DNA of 64,000 nucleotides, taken from NCBI GenBank assembly GCA_902461735.1, contig CABPYV010000007.1, forward strand, positions 96,471 through 160,470, read 5' to 3'. The position numbers and the translations under genes were made by a program. This document shows positions 30,458-40,600 of this stretch, one piece after another. The notes under the pieces were generated by a model. That model saw only the letters and a program-made list of their open reading frames with translations, did not search any database and had not been told where the DNA came from. Numbering within the stretch: the stretch's first letter is position 1; every line of letters starts with the position of its first letter. This stretch comes from an uncultured Coprococcus sp. GTDB lineage: Bacteria > Bacillota > Clostridia > Lachnospirales > Lachnospiraceae.

Positions 30458-31429
30458 ATGGCACAAAAAAAAGGTTTAGGAAGAGGTTTGAATGACCTTT
30501 TAGGAACATCTGATGCTTCAAGATCCCCAAGATCTAAAAAATCAGATGAAACTTCATCAAAATCTGCAGAAAATGAAGTAAAAACCGTTACAAAAGAAGT
30601 TATTAAAGAAGTTGTCAAAGAAGTTGAACAGAAAATCAATATAAATCTGATAGAACCAAACAAATCTCAGCCAAGAAAGCAATTTGATGAGGAGGCATTA
30701 CAAGAATTAGCAGATTCCATAAAGAAATACGGTGTTTTAGAGCCTCTGATTGTGACAAAAAAAGACAATTATTATGAAATAATTGCTGGAGAACGGCGCT
30801 GGCGTGCAGCTAGAATTGCTGGGATAAAGGAAATACCTGTTGTTATACGTGAATATACAGATAAAGAAATTATGGAGATTTCTCTTATTGAAAATATTCA
30901 AAGAGAAGACCTCAATCCTATTGAAGAAGCTCAGGCATATGAAGCTTTGATATCACAGTATAATCTTAAACAGGAGGAAGTAGCTGAAAGAGTATCAAAA
31001 AGCAGATCAACCATCACCAATTCCCTTAGATTGCTCAAACTCTGTGAGGATGTAAGGCAAATGGTTATGTATAATATGATTTCAACAGGTCATGCGAGGG
31101 CTCTTATACCTATAGAAGATCCTAAGCTACAGTATGAAACAGCAGCAATAGTATATGACCAGAAACTGAGTGTGCGAGAAACTGAGGCCTATGTAAAATC
31201 AATATTAGAGGCTAAGCCTAAAGAAGAAAAAGAACCTAAAGAAGAAAAGAAAGATCTCTCAGTGTTCTATTCTGATATAGAAAACAAATTAAAATCTATT
31301 CTTGGAGCAAAAATAGCGATCAAGGCTTCCAATAACAACAAGGGAAAAATTGAAATAAACTATTATTCTCAAGATGAGCTTGATAGGATAACAGAAATGT
31401 TATACTCAATCAATAAAGAAATGATGTAA
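30458..31429 (+). CDS. parB: Chromosome partitioning protein ParB/Spo0J. Start at MAQKKGLGRGL; the ORF track gives 30419.
   Basis: KGLGRGL N-terminus, GERRWRAA (ParB box II), an HTH and an acidic/Lys linker. GGAGGAG RBS before the ATG at 30458. Confidence 0.9.
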   Translation: MAQKKGLGRGLNDLLGTSDASRSPRSKKSDETSSKSAENEVKTVTKEVIKEVVKEVEQKININLIEPNKSQPRKQFDEEALQELADSIKKYGVLEPLIVTKKDNYYEIIAGERRWRAARIAGIKEIPVVIREYTDKEIMEISLIENIQREDLNPIEEAQAYEALISQYNLKQEEVAERVSKSRSTITNSLRLLKLCEDVRQMVMYNMISTGHARALIPIEDPKLQYETAAIVYDQKLSVRETEAYVKSILEAKPKEEKEPKEEKKDLSVFYSDIENKLKSILGAKIAIKASNNNKGKIEINYYSQDELDRITEMLYSINKEMM

Positions 31430-31461
31430 TTTACACACATTCAAGGAAGGACAATATATCA

Positions 31462-31989
31462 ATGGATAGTTCCATATTACAAAAAATTGGCATTGATCCT
31501 GCATACATACTTATAGGTATGTTAGTTCTCATTATTGTCTTGTTTGTACTATTATTCATAATGATTGGAAATATTAAAAATAGAAACAAACAAATTAAGC
31601 GGCTATTAAGTGGAACACAGGCAGGGGATTTGGAAGATATAATAATGAAACGTTTTGCAGAGATGGATGCTGTGAAAAATAATTCCAAAAGGCTTACGAA
31701 GGAACATAAGGAAATTCAAAGCCACCTCTCATCATGTGTTAGTAAAATTGGGCTTATTAAATATAATGCATTTGAAGATATGGGTGGAAATCTAAGCTTT
31801 GCCCTTGCTATAATGGACAGTGATAACAATGGTGTCGTACTAAACAGTATGCATACAAGAGAAGGCTGTTTTAACTACGCGAAAGAAATTATTGGTGGTG
31901 AATCCTATGTTGTTCTATCCGAAGAGGAAAAAGAAGCCATCGAAAAAGCTAAAACTCTGGAAGACGAAATTGCAGAGAATAAATTATAA
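31462..31989 (+). CDS. Small membrane-anchored protein, DUF4446-like (commonly found downstream of parB in Clostridia).
   Basis: N-terminal TM helix and length ~175 aa. The family assignment is from memory of synteny and overall pattern, not from a specific motif. Confidence 0.45.
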   Translation: MDSSILQKIGIDPAYILIGMLVLIIVLFVLLFIMIGNIKNRNKQIKRLLSGTQAGDLEDIIMKRFAEMDAVKNNSKRLTKEHKEIQSHLSSCVSKIGLIKYNAFEDMGGNLSFALAIMDSDNNGVVLNSMHTREGCFNYAKEIIGGESYVVLSEEEKEAIEKAKTLEDEIAENKL

Positions 31990-32113
31990 TAAAAATTGTT
32001 ATAAATTATTGTAATAAGAGCTATAATAAACAATTATGTAGTAAATAGCATATTATGTAGCTACATTATATAGTATGTTTCAAAAAAATATATATTAATA
32101 ATAGGAGGATATC

Positions 32114-33403
32114 ATGATTGATATTAAATTCTTAAGAGAAAATCCAGACATAGTAAAGCAGAATATAAAAAACAAGTTTCAGGATGACAAGCTTCCACTT
32201 GTAGATGAAGTAATAGAACTGGACAAACAGGCTCGTGCAGCTCAGCAGGAAGCTGATACACTCAGAGCAAGCAAGAATTCAATTGCAAAACAGATTGGTG
32301 CACTTATGGCTCAGGGAAAGAAAGATGAAGCTGAAGAAATAAAGAAGCAGGTTGCTGAGACTTCTGCAAGGCTTAAAGAACTCGAAACATTAGAGCCAGA
32401 GTTAAAAGAAAAAGTCAAAAAAATAATGATGATAATACCAAACATTATTGATCCATCTGTTCCTATTGGTAAGGACGATTCAGAAAATGTAGAAGTTCAG
32501 AAATACGGTGACCCTGTAGTCCCAGACTTTGAAATTCCATATCATACAGAAATAATGGAGTCATTAGGAGGAATAGATCTTGATTCAGCAAGAAAGGTAG
32601 CAGGAAATGGTTTCTACTATCTCATGGGAGACATAGCAAGACTTCATTCTGCTATCATATCTTATGCGAGAGATTTCATGATTGACAGAGGATTTACATA
32701 TTGTATTCCTCCTTTCATGATCAGAAGCAATGTCGTTACCGGTGTTATGAGCTTTGCCGAAATGGATGCAATGATGTACAAAATTGAAGGAGAAGACCTC
32801 TATCTCATCGGAACATCAGAGCATTCTATGATTGGTAAATTTATTGATACAATAATTCCAGAGGAGGAGCTTCCAAAGACTCTCACAAGCTACTCTCCTT
32901 GCTTCAGAAAAGAAAAGGGTGCTCATGGAATCGAAGAGCGTGGCGTATACAGAATTCACCAGTTTGAGAAGCAGGAAATGATAGTTGTATGTAAGCCTGA
33001 AGATAGCAAAATGTGGTTTGATAAACTGTGGCAGAATACTGTAGATCTCTTCAGATCAATGGATATTCCTGTAAGGACGCTCGAGTGTTGTTCTGGTGAC
33101 CTGGCAGATCTCAAGGTAAAATCAGTCGATGTTGAGGCATGGTCTCCTCGTCAGAAGAAGTACTTTGAGGTAGGAAGCTGTTCTAATCTCGGAGATGCAC
33201 AGGCAAGACGTCTTCAGATCAGAGTAAAGGGAGAAGACGGAAATAAGTATCTTGCTCACACCCTCAACAATACAGTTGTAGCACCGCCAAGAATGCTTAT
33301 TGCTTTCCTTGAGAACAATCTTCAGGCAGATGGCAGAGTTAGAATACCTGAGAAACTCCGTCCATACATGGGTGGCAAGGAATACCTCGAGAAAACAAAA
33401 TAA
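32114..33403 (+). CDS. serS: Serine--tRNA ligase.
   Basis: 429-aa ORF with an N-terminal coiled-coil arm. Class II motifs (FRKEKGAHG, GSCSNLGDAQARRL). Confidence 0.93.
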   Translation: MIDIKFLRENPDIVKQNIKNKFQDDKLPLVDEVIELDKQARAAQQEADTLRASKNSIAKQIGALMAQGKKDEAEEIKKQVAETSARLKELETLEPELKEKVKKIMMIIPNIIDPSVPIGKDDSENVEVQKYGDPVVPDFEIPYHTEIMESLGGIDLDSARKVAGNGFYYLMGDIARLHSAIISYARDFMIDRGFTYCIPPFMIRSNVVTGVMSFAEMDAMMYKIEGEDLYLIGTSEHSMIGKFIDTIIPEEELPKTLTSYSPCFRKEKGAHGIEERGVYRIHQFEKQEMIVVCKPEDSKMWFDKLWQNTVDLFRSMDIPVRTLECCSGDLADLKVKSVDVEAWSPRQKKYFEVGSCSNLGDAQARRLQIRVKGEDGNKYLAHTLNNTVVAPPRMLIAFLENNLQADGRVRIPEKLRPYMGGKEYLEKTK

Positions 33404-33497
33404 TTGACTATTTTATAAATTGCTCTAATGATTTGGCATGATGGATACACTTTTCATGCATATAAAACTATATTCATAAAACAAGGGAGGTGTCGGA

Positions 33498-34370
33498 ATG
33501 CATAGTTTTTTACCGGCTATAGGGTTTTCAAATATAAATAACAGACAGCAGTTGGAACCAATTTACAGACAAATTCTTGAATCACCAACAAAAAAAATAA
33601 TCACAACTATAAGTTCTGACACTAACCTTGTACAGATAAGCAAAGATTTTGGAAACGGATTTGGTATATCTTTGATTGGCGAAATGTCATTTAGTGGACA
33701 ACTATCCATAGAGTACTATTTTCCTTATGTCAGTTCCAGTTTATTGACTAGTCATCTAAATATCTATGCTGAAAAATACACGGATAAAAATGCCTATGCA
33801 GGGGTAAACAATAATTACAATCTTGGAATGACTCTTATATTTTTTATTTCTAATGTGGCTGATTATGAAAAATCCAGATGGATGAATAAATCAAATAAAA
33901 ATATTACAAAGGCTTTTTTTTCAGGTATGTCCAACAACGGTACAGTAATTCTTAATATCAATGGAGAAAATAAGTCAAACAACTCAAAATTAAGTAATCG
34001 CAAAAGAAATAAACTTATAGAAGCTGCTAAAAAAGGTGATCCTGCTGCTATCGAAAGTCTAACACTTGAGGATATGGATACCTATAATCTTATAGGTAAA
34101 AGAACCCACTCAGAAGATATTCTATCTATTGTAAAATCAAGTTTTATGCCTGTTGGAATAGAAACTGATCACTATGCCATAATTGGAAATATACTTGCTT
34201 GTAAAGAAGTTTTAAATGAAATTACAAAAGAAACTGTATATCTTATGGATATAGAATGTAACGATTTGACATTTACCATAGCAATAAATAAAAATAACCT
34301 TCTAGGAGAACCAGCTCCCGGAAGAAGATTTAAAGGCGACATATGGCTTCAGGGTCACATTATTATGTGA
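33498..34370 (+). CDS. Hypothetical protein (290 aa), no recognisable family.
   Basis: ORF with a GGGAGGTG RBS. Asn/Lys-rich. Confidence 0.5.
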   Translation: MHSFLPAIGFSNINNRQQLEPIYRQILESPTKKIITTISSDTNLVQISKDFGNGFGISLIGEMSFSGQLSIEYYFPYVSSSLLTSHLNIYAEKYTDKNAYAGVNNNYNLGMTLIFFISNVADYEKSRWMNKSNKNITKAFFSGMSNNGTVILNINGENKSNNSKLSNRKRNKLIEAAKKGDPAAIESLTLEDMDTYNLIGKRTHSEDILSIVKSSFMPVGIETDHYAIIGNILACKEVLNEITKETVYLMDIECNDLTFTIAINKNNLLGEPAPGRRFKGDIWLQGHIIM

Positions 34371-34463
34371 TCAAGTTCTTACATTATTGCATGATTAAAT
34401 TATATGTTTAAGTTCAGAAATATTGACTATCACTTGTTTAAGTGATAGAATATTATTTAGTGT

Positions 34464-34537
34464 GCATCTGTAGCTCAGCAGGATAGAGCGTCCGCCTCCT
34501 AAGCGGAAGGCCGTGGGTTCGAATCCCGCCAGGTGCA
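34464..34537 (+). tRNA. tRNA-Arg (anticodon CCT).
   Basis: Manual cloverleaf: acceptor GCATCTG/CAGGTGC, anticodon loop CT-CCT-AA, T-arm GTGGGTTCGAATCCCGC. Confidence 0.8.
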
Positions 34538-34601
34538 CTATTTTTCATAAGGAGGGACCCACGCAAGTGGGAAGTTTCCTATAAAATTTTCTAAAAGGGA
34601 C

Positions 34602-35582
34602 ATGACTATGAATTATATTGTTATGGATCTTGAATGGAATCAAAGCTACAACGGGCATTTGGGCGAACACCCTCGCATGCCATTTGAAATTATAGAGATT
34701 GGTGCTGTAAAAGTAGATAAGAATCTTAACATCATTGATGAATATTCGAGTCTTATCAAGCCAAGAATTTATAAAAAGCTTCATTCAAAGATCAGAACAA
34801 TTCTGAACTATGATGAGAATGACCTAAATAAAGGAAGAGGATTCAAAGAAGTATGTTCAGAATTTTTTGAATGGTGTGGAGATAATTACATATTCTGCAC
34901 TTGGGGACCAATGGATCTTACAGAACTACAAACCAATATGGATTTCTACTATATGGACAAGCTCCCAAGACCATTGAAGTTTTTGAATCTCCAAAGTATA
35001 TATGCGAATGTTACTAACCATTCAGGTTCGTCACAAACCATGAGCAAACTTGAAAAAGCAGTAAGTGAAATGCATATTCCTGAAAATGAGCCATTCCACA
35101 CAGCTCTCAATGACGCAAGATATACTGCACTTGTCATGAAAGAAATGAGGGCAAAAAATATAAATCAATTATATAGTTTTGATTTATATATAACTCCAAA
35201 AGATAAATCTGAGGAAATTGAGGAATCTCATAATAATCAATATGAATATATTTCAAGAACTTTTAATAATAAACATGTTGCTCTTGATGATAAAAAAGTA
35301 ACTGAGATCAGATGTTACAAATGCAACAGTAAAAAAGTAAAAACCTGTATTGACTGGTTTGCCAATAGCCCTTCATCGTATATGTGTGTTGGAAAATGTT
35401 GGATACATGGATATTTCTGTGGAAAGATAAAATTCAAACCGTTATCCAATAAATACTACGTTCAAAAAACTATTAAACCAATCGACAAAGCGGGAATAGA
35501 AGCAATTAAACAGAAACAGGAAGATATCCGGGAAAAAAGAAAAGAGAAGAGGCATATGAAATCCTCAAGTTCTTCTATATAA
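34602..35582 (+). CDS. DEDDh 3'-5' exonuclease, KapD/RNase T-like, with a Cys/His-rich C-terminal extension.
   Basis: Exo motifs DLEWN (I), WGPMD (II) and HTALNDARYTA (III). C-terminal CYKCNSKK...CVGKCWIHGYFCG. Confidence 0.65.
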   Translation: MTMNYIVMDLEWNQSYNGHLGEHPRMPFEIIEIGAVKVDKNLNIIDEYSSLIKPRIYKKLHSKIRTILNYDENDLNKGRGFKEVCSEFFEWCGDNYIFCTWGPMDLTELQTNMDFYYMDKLPRPLKFLNLQSIYANVTNHSGSSQTMSKLEKAVSEMHIPENEPFHTALNDARYTALVMKEMRAKNINQLYSFDLYITPKDKSEEIEESHNNQYEYISRTFNNKHVALDDKKVTEIRCYKCNSKKVKTCIDWFANSPSSYMCVGKCWIHGYFCGKIKFKPLSNKYYVQKTIKPIDKAGIEAIKQKQEDIREKRKEKRHMKSSSSSI

Positions 35583-35612
35583 AAAAACAGCCTTTTGTAG
35601 GCTGTTTTTTTA
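35583..35612. terminator. Bidirectional rho-independent terminator AAAAAACAGCCTACAAAAGGCTGTTTTTTT between the convergent exonuclease gene and rsmG.
   Basis: Perfect hairpin flanked by A-run and T-run. Confidence 0.85.
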
Positions 35613-35745
35613 TACTATTTTTCATAAAGATGGACCCATGCGAGGGGGGCGATTTCACCAGAAACACACAACCACTGTGCATAATGTTTTCAAATGCGAT
35701 TGCTCCATACAATCCAATACTGCAAATATAAACTACAAATATAAA

Positions 35746-36453
35746 CTATACTATAGGTTTCTTGGATGCTCCGGGTTTTCTTGGATATTTCTTGTCAGTC
35801 TTGCTTATTTTCTTCACGAACACAAAACTTCGCTGATTATCAGTATCCGGAATAGTTGTATTAAATATATTCTCCACCTGACCTCCAAGAATTCTTATTG
35901 TCTTTTTACCATTATTCATTTCATCGCTTAGTGCATTTGACTTATATGGAATAAAATAACCTCCAACTCTCACAAATGGCAGACACCATTCTGAAAGAGT
36001 CGATAAATTAGCGACCGCTCTGGATACTACTAAATCATACTGTTCTCTGTAAATTGGATTTCTGCCACCATCTTCAGCACGTGCATGCACTGTGTCAACA
36101 TTATCAAGTTCAAGTTCTTTTATTACTTCATTTAAAAAGTTTAATCTCTTATTAAGCGAATCCATCAAAGTTACATTTATCTCCGGAAAGGCAATTTTTA
36201 GTGGTATTCCAGGAAAACCAGCTCCTGTCCCAACGTCAATCAATCTTATGTTATCATGAAGTTTTTTATATTTATATAACAATAAACTATCCGCAAAATG
36301 CTTTACTATTACATCATCTTTTTCTGTTATGGCCGTAAGATTCATGAAACTATTCCACTCTACAAGTAATTCATAATATCTTTCAAACTGATGTATCTGT
36401 CTGTCGCTAAGTTCAAGACCAAACTGTGCTGTTATACTCTTAAGTTTCTCCAT
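35746..36453 (-). CDS. rsmG: 16S rRNA (guanine527-N7)-methyltransferase.
   Basis: 235-aa ORF, DVGTGAGFPGIPL SAM motif, synteny with mnmG. Confidence 0.9.
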   Translation of the reverse strand: MEKLKSITAQFGLELSDRQIHQFERYYELLVEWNSFMNLTAITEKDDVIVKHFADSLLLYKYKKLHDNIRLIDVGTGAGFPGIPLKIAFPEINVTLMDSLNKRLNFLNEVIKELELDNVDTVHARAEDGGRNPIYREQYDLVVSRAVANLSTLSEWCLPFVRVGGYFIPYKSNALSDEMNNGKKTIRILGGQVENIFNTTIPDTDNQRSFVFVKKISKTDKKYPRKPGASKKPIV

Positions 36454-36475
36454 GTAACTTATCTCCTAATTAATC

Positions 36476-38362
36476 TTATTCTGAAATTCTCTCTTTCATT
36501 TTAAGATATACAAGTAATACTGATATATCTGCAGGCGAAACTCCCGATATTCTTGACGCCTGTCCAATATTTTCCGGTCGTATCTTTGAAAGTTTCTGTC
36601 TTGCCTCAAGTCTGAGATTATCTATCTGTCCATAATCTATATCCTCAGGCAGCCTCTTTCCTTCCAATTTTTTAAATTGATGAACTTGTTGATTCTGTCT
36701 GTCTATATATCCCTTATATTTTATTGTGATATTTATCTGTTCTATAACGTCATCAGAAAATTTTTCTCGTCCTTCATCTATTGCTTCAATCGCTTCGTAC
36801 GATAACTCAGGTCTCCTTATCAATTCAGCCAGAGATGCAGCAGTCTTAAGTCCTGTACTGTTCTTACTCTCAAGAAACCTCTGGATAGTGGAATTGGCAC
36901 CAACCATTGTATTTTCCAATCTCTCTATCTCTTTCTCTATCTGACTCTTTTTCAAAATAAATTTAGAATATCTTTCATCATCTATAAGACCTATTTCATG
37001 ACCTATTTCTGTGAGTCTTAGATCCGCGTTGTCTTGTCTGAGCAAAAGTCTGTATTCTGCTCTGGATGTCATCATTCTATATGGCTCTGATGTCTCCTTT
37101 GTGACAAGATCATCAATGAGAACCCCTATATAAGCCTGTGATCTATCCAAAACCACCGGATTTTTTCCTTGAATTTTTCTTGCAGCATTTATTCCAGCCA
37201 TGAGTCCCTGTGCCGCAGCCTCCTCATATCCAGAACTTCCATTTATCTGTCCAGCTCCAAACAGTCCTGATATAGACTTAAATTCCAATGAAGGCTTGAG
37301 GTTTATTGCATTTATGCAGTCATATTCAATAGCATATGCATTTCGTATTATTTTTGCATTTTCAAGGCCTTTCATGCTGTGTATCATCTCATACTGAACA
37401 TCTTCAGGCAATGAACTACTCATTCCACCCATGTACATCTCATTTGTAAATTCACCTTCAGGTTCAATAAAAATCTGATGTCTGTTCTTATCTGGAAACT
37501 TCGTAACTTTATCTTCTATAGAAGGGCAATATCTTGGTCCTGTTCCTTCAATTACTCCTGAGAATAACGGTGATCTGTCGATATTCTCCCTTATGATCTC
37601 ATGTGTTTTCTCATTTGTATAGCAAAGCCAGCATGATATCTGTTTTCTTTTTATATCAGCTTCCGTATTGGTAAATGAAAAAGGAACTACTTTTTCATCG
37701 CCCTTTTGTTCTTCCATCTGTGAAAAATCTATAGTTCTCTTATCAAGTCTTGCAGGTGTTCCCGTCTTAAATCTTCGTATATTTATTCCTGCCTCCGCCA
37801 TAGAATCAGATAAATAATTGGCAGCCATGAGTCCGTTTGGTCCCGTATGGTATACAACATCTCCGTATATACATCTGGCTTTCAGATATGTTCCCGTACA
37901 CAATACCACTGCCTTTGATCTATATATAGCTCCTGAAAATGTCTTTACACCCTTTACAATTCCATCTTCAACTATAATTTCAGATACTTCAGCCTGTCTA
38001 AGTGTAAGATTATCCGTATTTTCCAGAGTATATTTCATCATTCTGGAATAGTTTGCCTTGTCAGCCTGTGCTCTCAGTGAATGAACTGCTGGTCCTTTTG
38101 ATGAGTTGAGCATTTTGGATTGAATATATGTCTTATCTATATTTTTTCCCATCTCTCCTCCAAGAGCATCTATTTCTCTTACAAGATGTCCCTTTGAGCT
38201 TCCACCAACATTAGGATTACATGGCATCATGGCCACACTGTCCATACTTACGGTAAATATAATAGTATTAAGTCCCAGTCTTGCACTGGCAAGAGCTGCC
38301 TCGCATCCAGCATGTCCCGCTCCTACGATCACAACATCATATTCTTCATCCAAAACAGGCAT
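36476..38362 (-). CDS. mnmG: tRNA uridine 5-carboxymethylaminomethyl modification enzyme MnmG (GidA).
   Basis: [19 protein letters not shown] motif. 628 aa. Confidence 0.95.
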   Translation of the reverse strand: MPVLDEEYDVVIVGAGHAGCEAALASARLGLNTIIFTVSMDSVAMMPCNPNVGGSSKGHLVREIDALGGEMGKNIDKTYIQSKMLNSSKGPAVHSLRAQADKANYSRMMKYTLENTDNLTLRQAEVSEIIVEDGIVKGVKTFSGAIYRSKAVVLCTGTYLKARCIYGDVVYHTGPNGLMAANYLSDSMAEAGINIRRFKTGTPARLDKRTIDFSQMEEQKGDEKVVPFSFTNTEADIKRKQISCWLCYTNEKTHEIIRENIDRSPLFSGVIEGTGPRYCPSIEDKVTKFPDKNRHQIFIEPEGEFTNEMYMGGMSSSLPEDVQYEMIHSMKGLENAKIIRNAYAIEYDCINAINLKPSLEFKSISGLFGAGQINGSSGYEEAAAQGLMAGINAARKIQGKNPVVLDRSQAYIGVLIDDLVTKETSEPYRMMTSRAEYRLLLRQDNADLRLTEIGHEIGLIDDERYSKFILKKSQIEKEIERLENTMVGANSTIQRFLESKNSTGLKTAASLAELIRRPELSYEAIEAIDEGREKFSDDVIEQINITIKYKGYIDRQNQQVHQFKKLEGKRLPEDIDYGQIDNLRLEARQKLSKIRPENIGQASRISGVSPADISVLLVYLKMKERISE

Positions 38363-38401
38363 TTTATTATCCTCCCAAAGTAATAACGATTACTTTTAGC
38401 T

Positions 38402-39781
38402 TTATTTTCCCATACAAAAATCCTTAAATATCTTGTCGGCGAGATCATCCCTTGCAGTCTCTCCAATTATTAATCCAAGATGTTCATAAGCATCCATCAT
38501 ATCTATAGAGAAAAAGTCTTCCTCCATGCCAATATCTATGCTTTCAATAACCTTATCAAGGGCATTTTTTGTATACACAAGTTCATTTTTATGACGTGCA
38601 TTAGTTATATACAACTGATCATTATAAGACAGATTTCCTTCAAAAAACATCTTATTGAGCATATCATATAGTTCTTCGCTTCCATCACCCGTCATCGCTG
38701 ACAGCTGTATAATATCTTTATCTAAATATTTTTCTATTACTTCTTTATCTACTTTTATTTCAAGATCAGATTTATTGATGATAACTATTACATTCTTATC
38801 CCTTATCTTATCTATGATTCTGTAATCATTCTCATCAAGATCTATCGATCCATCCACCACATAAAGTATAAGATCAGCTTTATCTACAGATTCAATTGCC
38901 TTATCAACTCCTATTTTTTCAACAATATCATCTGTATCCCTTATACCGGCGGTATCTATAATATTTAGTGTTATACCTCTTATATTTACCGTTTCTGACA
39001 GAGTATCTCTCGTTGTACCTGCCATATCTGTGACGATTGCCCTGTCTTCACCTACAAACATATTGAGAAGTGACGACTTTCCAGCATTCGGTTTTCCAAC
39101 TATGACCGTATTTATTCCCTCAGATAACACTTTTCCGTTGTCAAATGTTTTCAGAAGTTTTTTTACCTTTTCCAATATATCATTCACAATTACACGAAGT
39201 TTTTGTGGAAAACCTTCAAGACTATAATGTTCAGGGTCATCCAATGCAGATTCAATAAATGCGACATTATACAGTATTTTTTCTCTCATATCTACTATAG
39301 AATCTCTGAGTCGTCCCTGTAATTGATCTACGGAAGTTTTTGCTGCAAAATCATTTTTCGCATTTATAAGGCTCATTACAGACTCTGCCTGGGACATGTC
39401 TATTCGACCACCAAGAAATGCTCTCTTTGTAAATTCTCCCGGCTCTGCAGCTCTAGCTCCATTCTTAAGTACAATATCAAGAATTTTTCTGAGCACCACT
39501 ATACCACCATGACATTGAAGTTCACATACATCCTCACATGTATATGTATGTGGTGCCTTCATAACCAGAAGTATAGCTTCATCTATGATTTCTTCACCGT
39601 CATATACTTTTCCAAATGCAGCGGTATAAGACTTCATATTAGAAGCTTGTTTTTCTTTGTTTTCAGCATGAAACACTTTATCTGCAACCTCACATGCCTG
39701 GTCACCGCTTATTCTGATTATTCCCACACCCGCATTTGTCATTCCTGTAGTAATGGCAGCGATAGTATCTTCCTTAAACAT
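38402..39781 (-). CDS. mnmE: tRNA modification GTPase MnmE (TrmE).
   Basis: GKPNAGKSSLLN G1 motif, DTAGIR, C-terminal CMGK. Confidence 0.95.
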   Translation of the reverse strand: MFKEDTIAAITTGMTNAGVGIIRISGDQACEVADKVFHAENKEKQASNMKSYTAAFGKVYDGEEIIDEAILLVMKAPHTYTCEDVCELQCHGGIVVLRKILDIVLKNGARAAEPGEFTKRAFLGGRIDMSQAESVMSLINAKNDFAAKTSVDQLQGRLRDSIVDMREKILYNVAFIESALDDPEHYSLEGFPQKLRVIVNDILEKVKKLLKTFDNGKVLSEGINTVIVGKPNAGKSSLLNMFVGEDRAIVTDMAGTTRDTLSETVNIRGITLNIIDTAGIRDTDDIVEKIGVDKAIESVDKADLILYVVDGSIDLDENDYRIIDKIRDKNVIVIINKSDLEIKVDKEVIEKYLDKDIIQLSAMTGDGSEELYDMLNKMFFEGNLSYNDQLYITNARHKNELVYTKNALDKVIESIDIGMEEDFFSIDMMDAYEHLGLIIGETARDDLADKIFKDFCMGK

Positions 39782-39967
39782 TTATCTCATTATCCTTTTT
39801 TTCAATAAGTTAATATACTCCTATGTAGTTTACATCATATGTATATCATTTTCCACCCATTTTTTTTATAAAAAAATACAGGTCATGCATAATTACACAA
39901 CCTGTATTCTTATACTGTAATCTGCTCACGTAAATATAATAAATATCACATTTGCAAATTACTTAAA

Positions 39968-40600
39968 TTATTTTTCTTTCTTTTTCAGATAAACTATAAC
40001 CTTACGATAAGGCTCCTCACCTTCACTTCTTGTTGACACATACTTGTCATTCTGAAGAGTTGCATGGATGATTCTTCTCTCGTATGGGTTCATTGGCTCA
40101 AGTGCAAATGATCTCTTTGATCTCTTTACCTTGAATGCAATATTCTTTGCAAGATTCTCAAGAGTCTCTTTACGTCTTGCTCTGTAGTTTTCTGTATCAA
40201 GTTTAACTCTGATATATGATTCACTCTTCTTGTTTACTGCAAGACTTATAATATACTGAAGCGCATCCAGAGTCTGTCCACGCTTACCTATGAGTATACC
40301 CATCTCAGGACCTTCAAGATTGATTGAGAGCACATTCTCTGTCTCATCAAATTCCATCTGAATCTCTGTATCGATGTCCATTGCTTTGAAAAGACTTTCA
40401 AGATATTCTCTTATCTCATCGATAAATGTCTTCTTGCGTCTTGCCTTTATTATACAAGGTTTAGAACCTATACCAAGAAATCCCTTAGTTTCTTCACTAA
40501 CTACCTCGTACTCAAGATCTGTACTAGGTACTCCAAGCTCAACACTGGCCTGCATAAGGGCTTCATCTTTAGTCTTACCTTTGAATTCAACGAATTCCAT
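39968..40600 (-). CDS. jag: Jag/KhpB RNA-binding protein (KH + R3H domains).
   Basis: 210 aa. Synteny with yidC, and an R3H-like C-terminus. Confidence 0.8.
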   Translation of the reverse strand: MEFVEFKGKTKDEALMQASVELGVPSTDLEYEVVSEETKGFLGIGSKPCIIKARRKKTFIDEIREYLESLFKAMDIDTEIQMEFDETENVLSINLEGPEMGILIGKRGQTLDALQYIISLAVNKKSESYIRVKLDTENYRARRKETLENLAKNIAFKVKRSKRSFALEPMNPYERRIIHATLQNDKYVSTRSEGEEPYRKVIVYLKKKEK

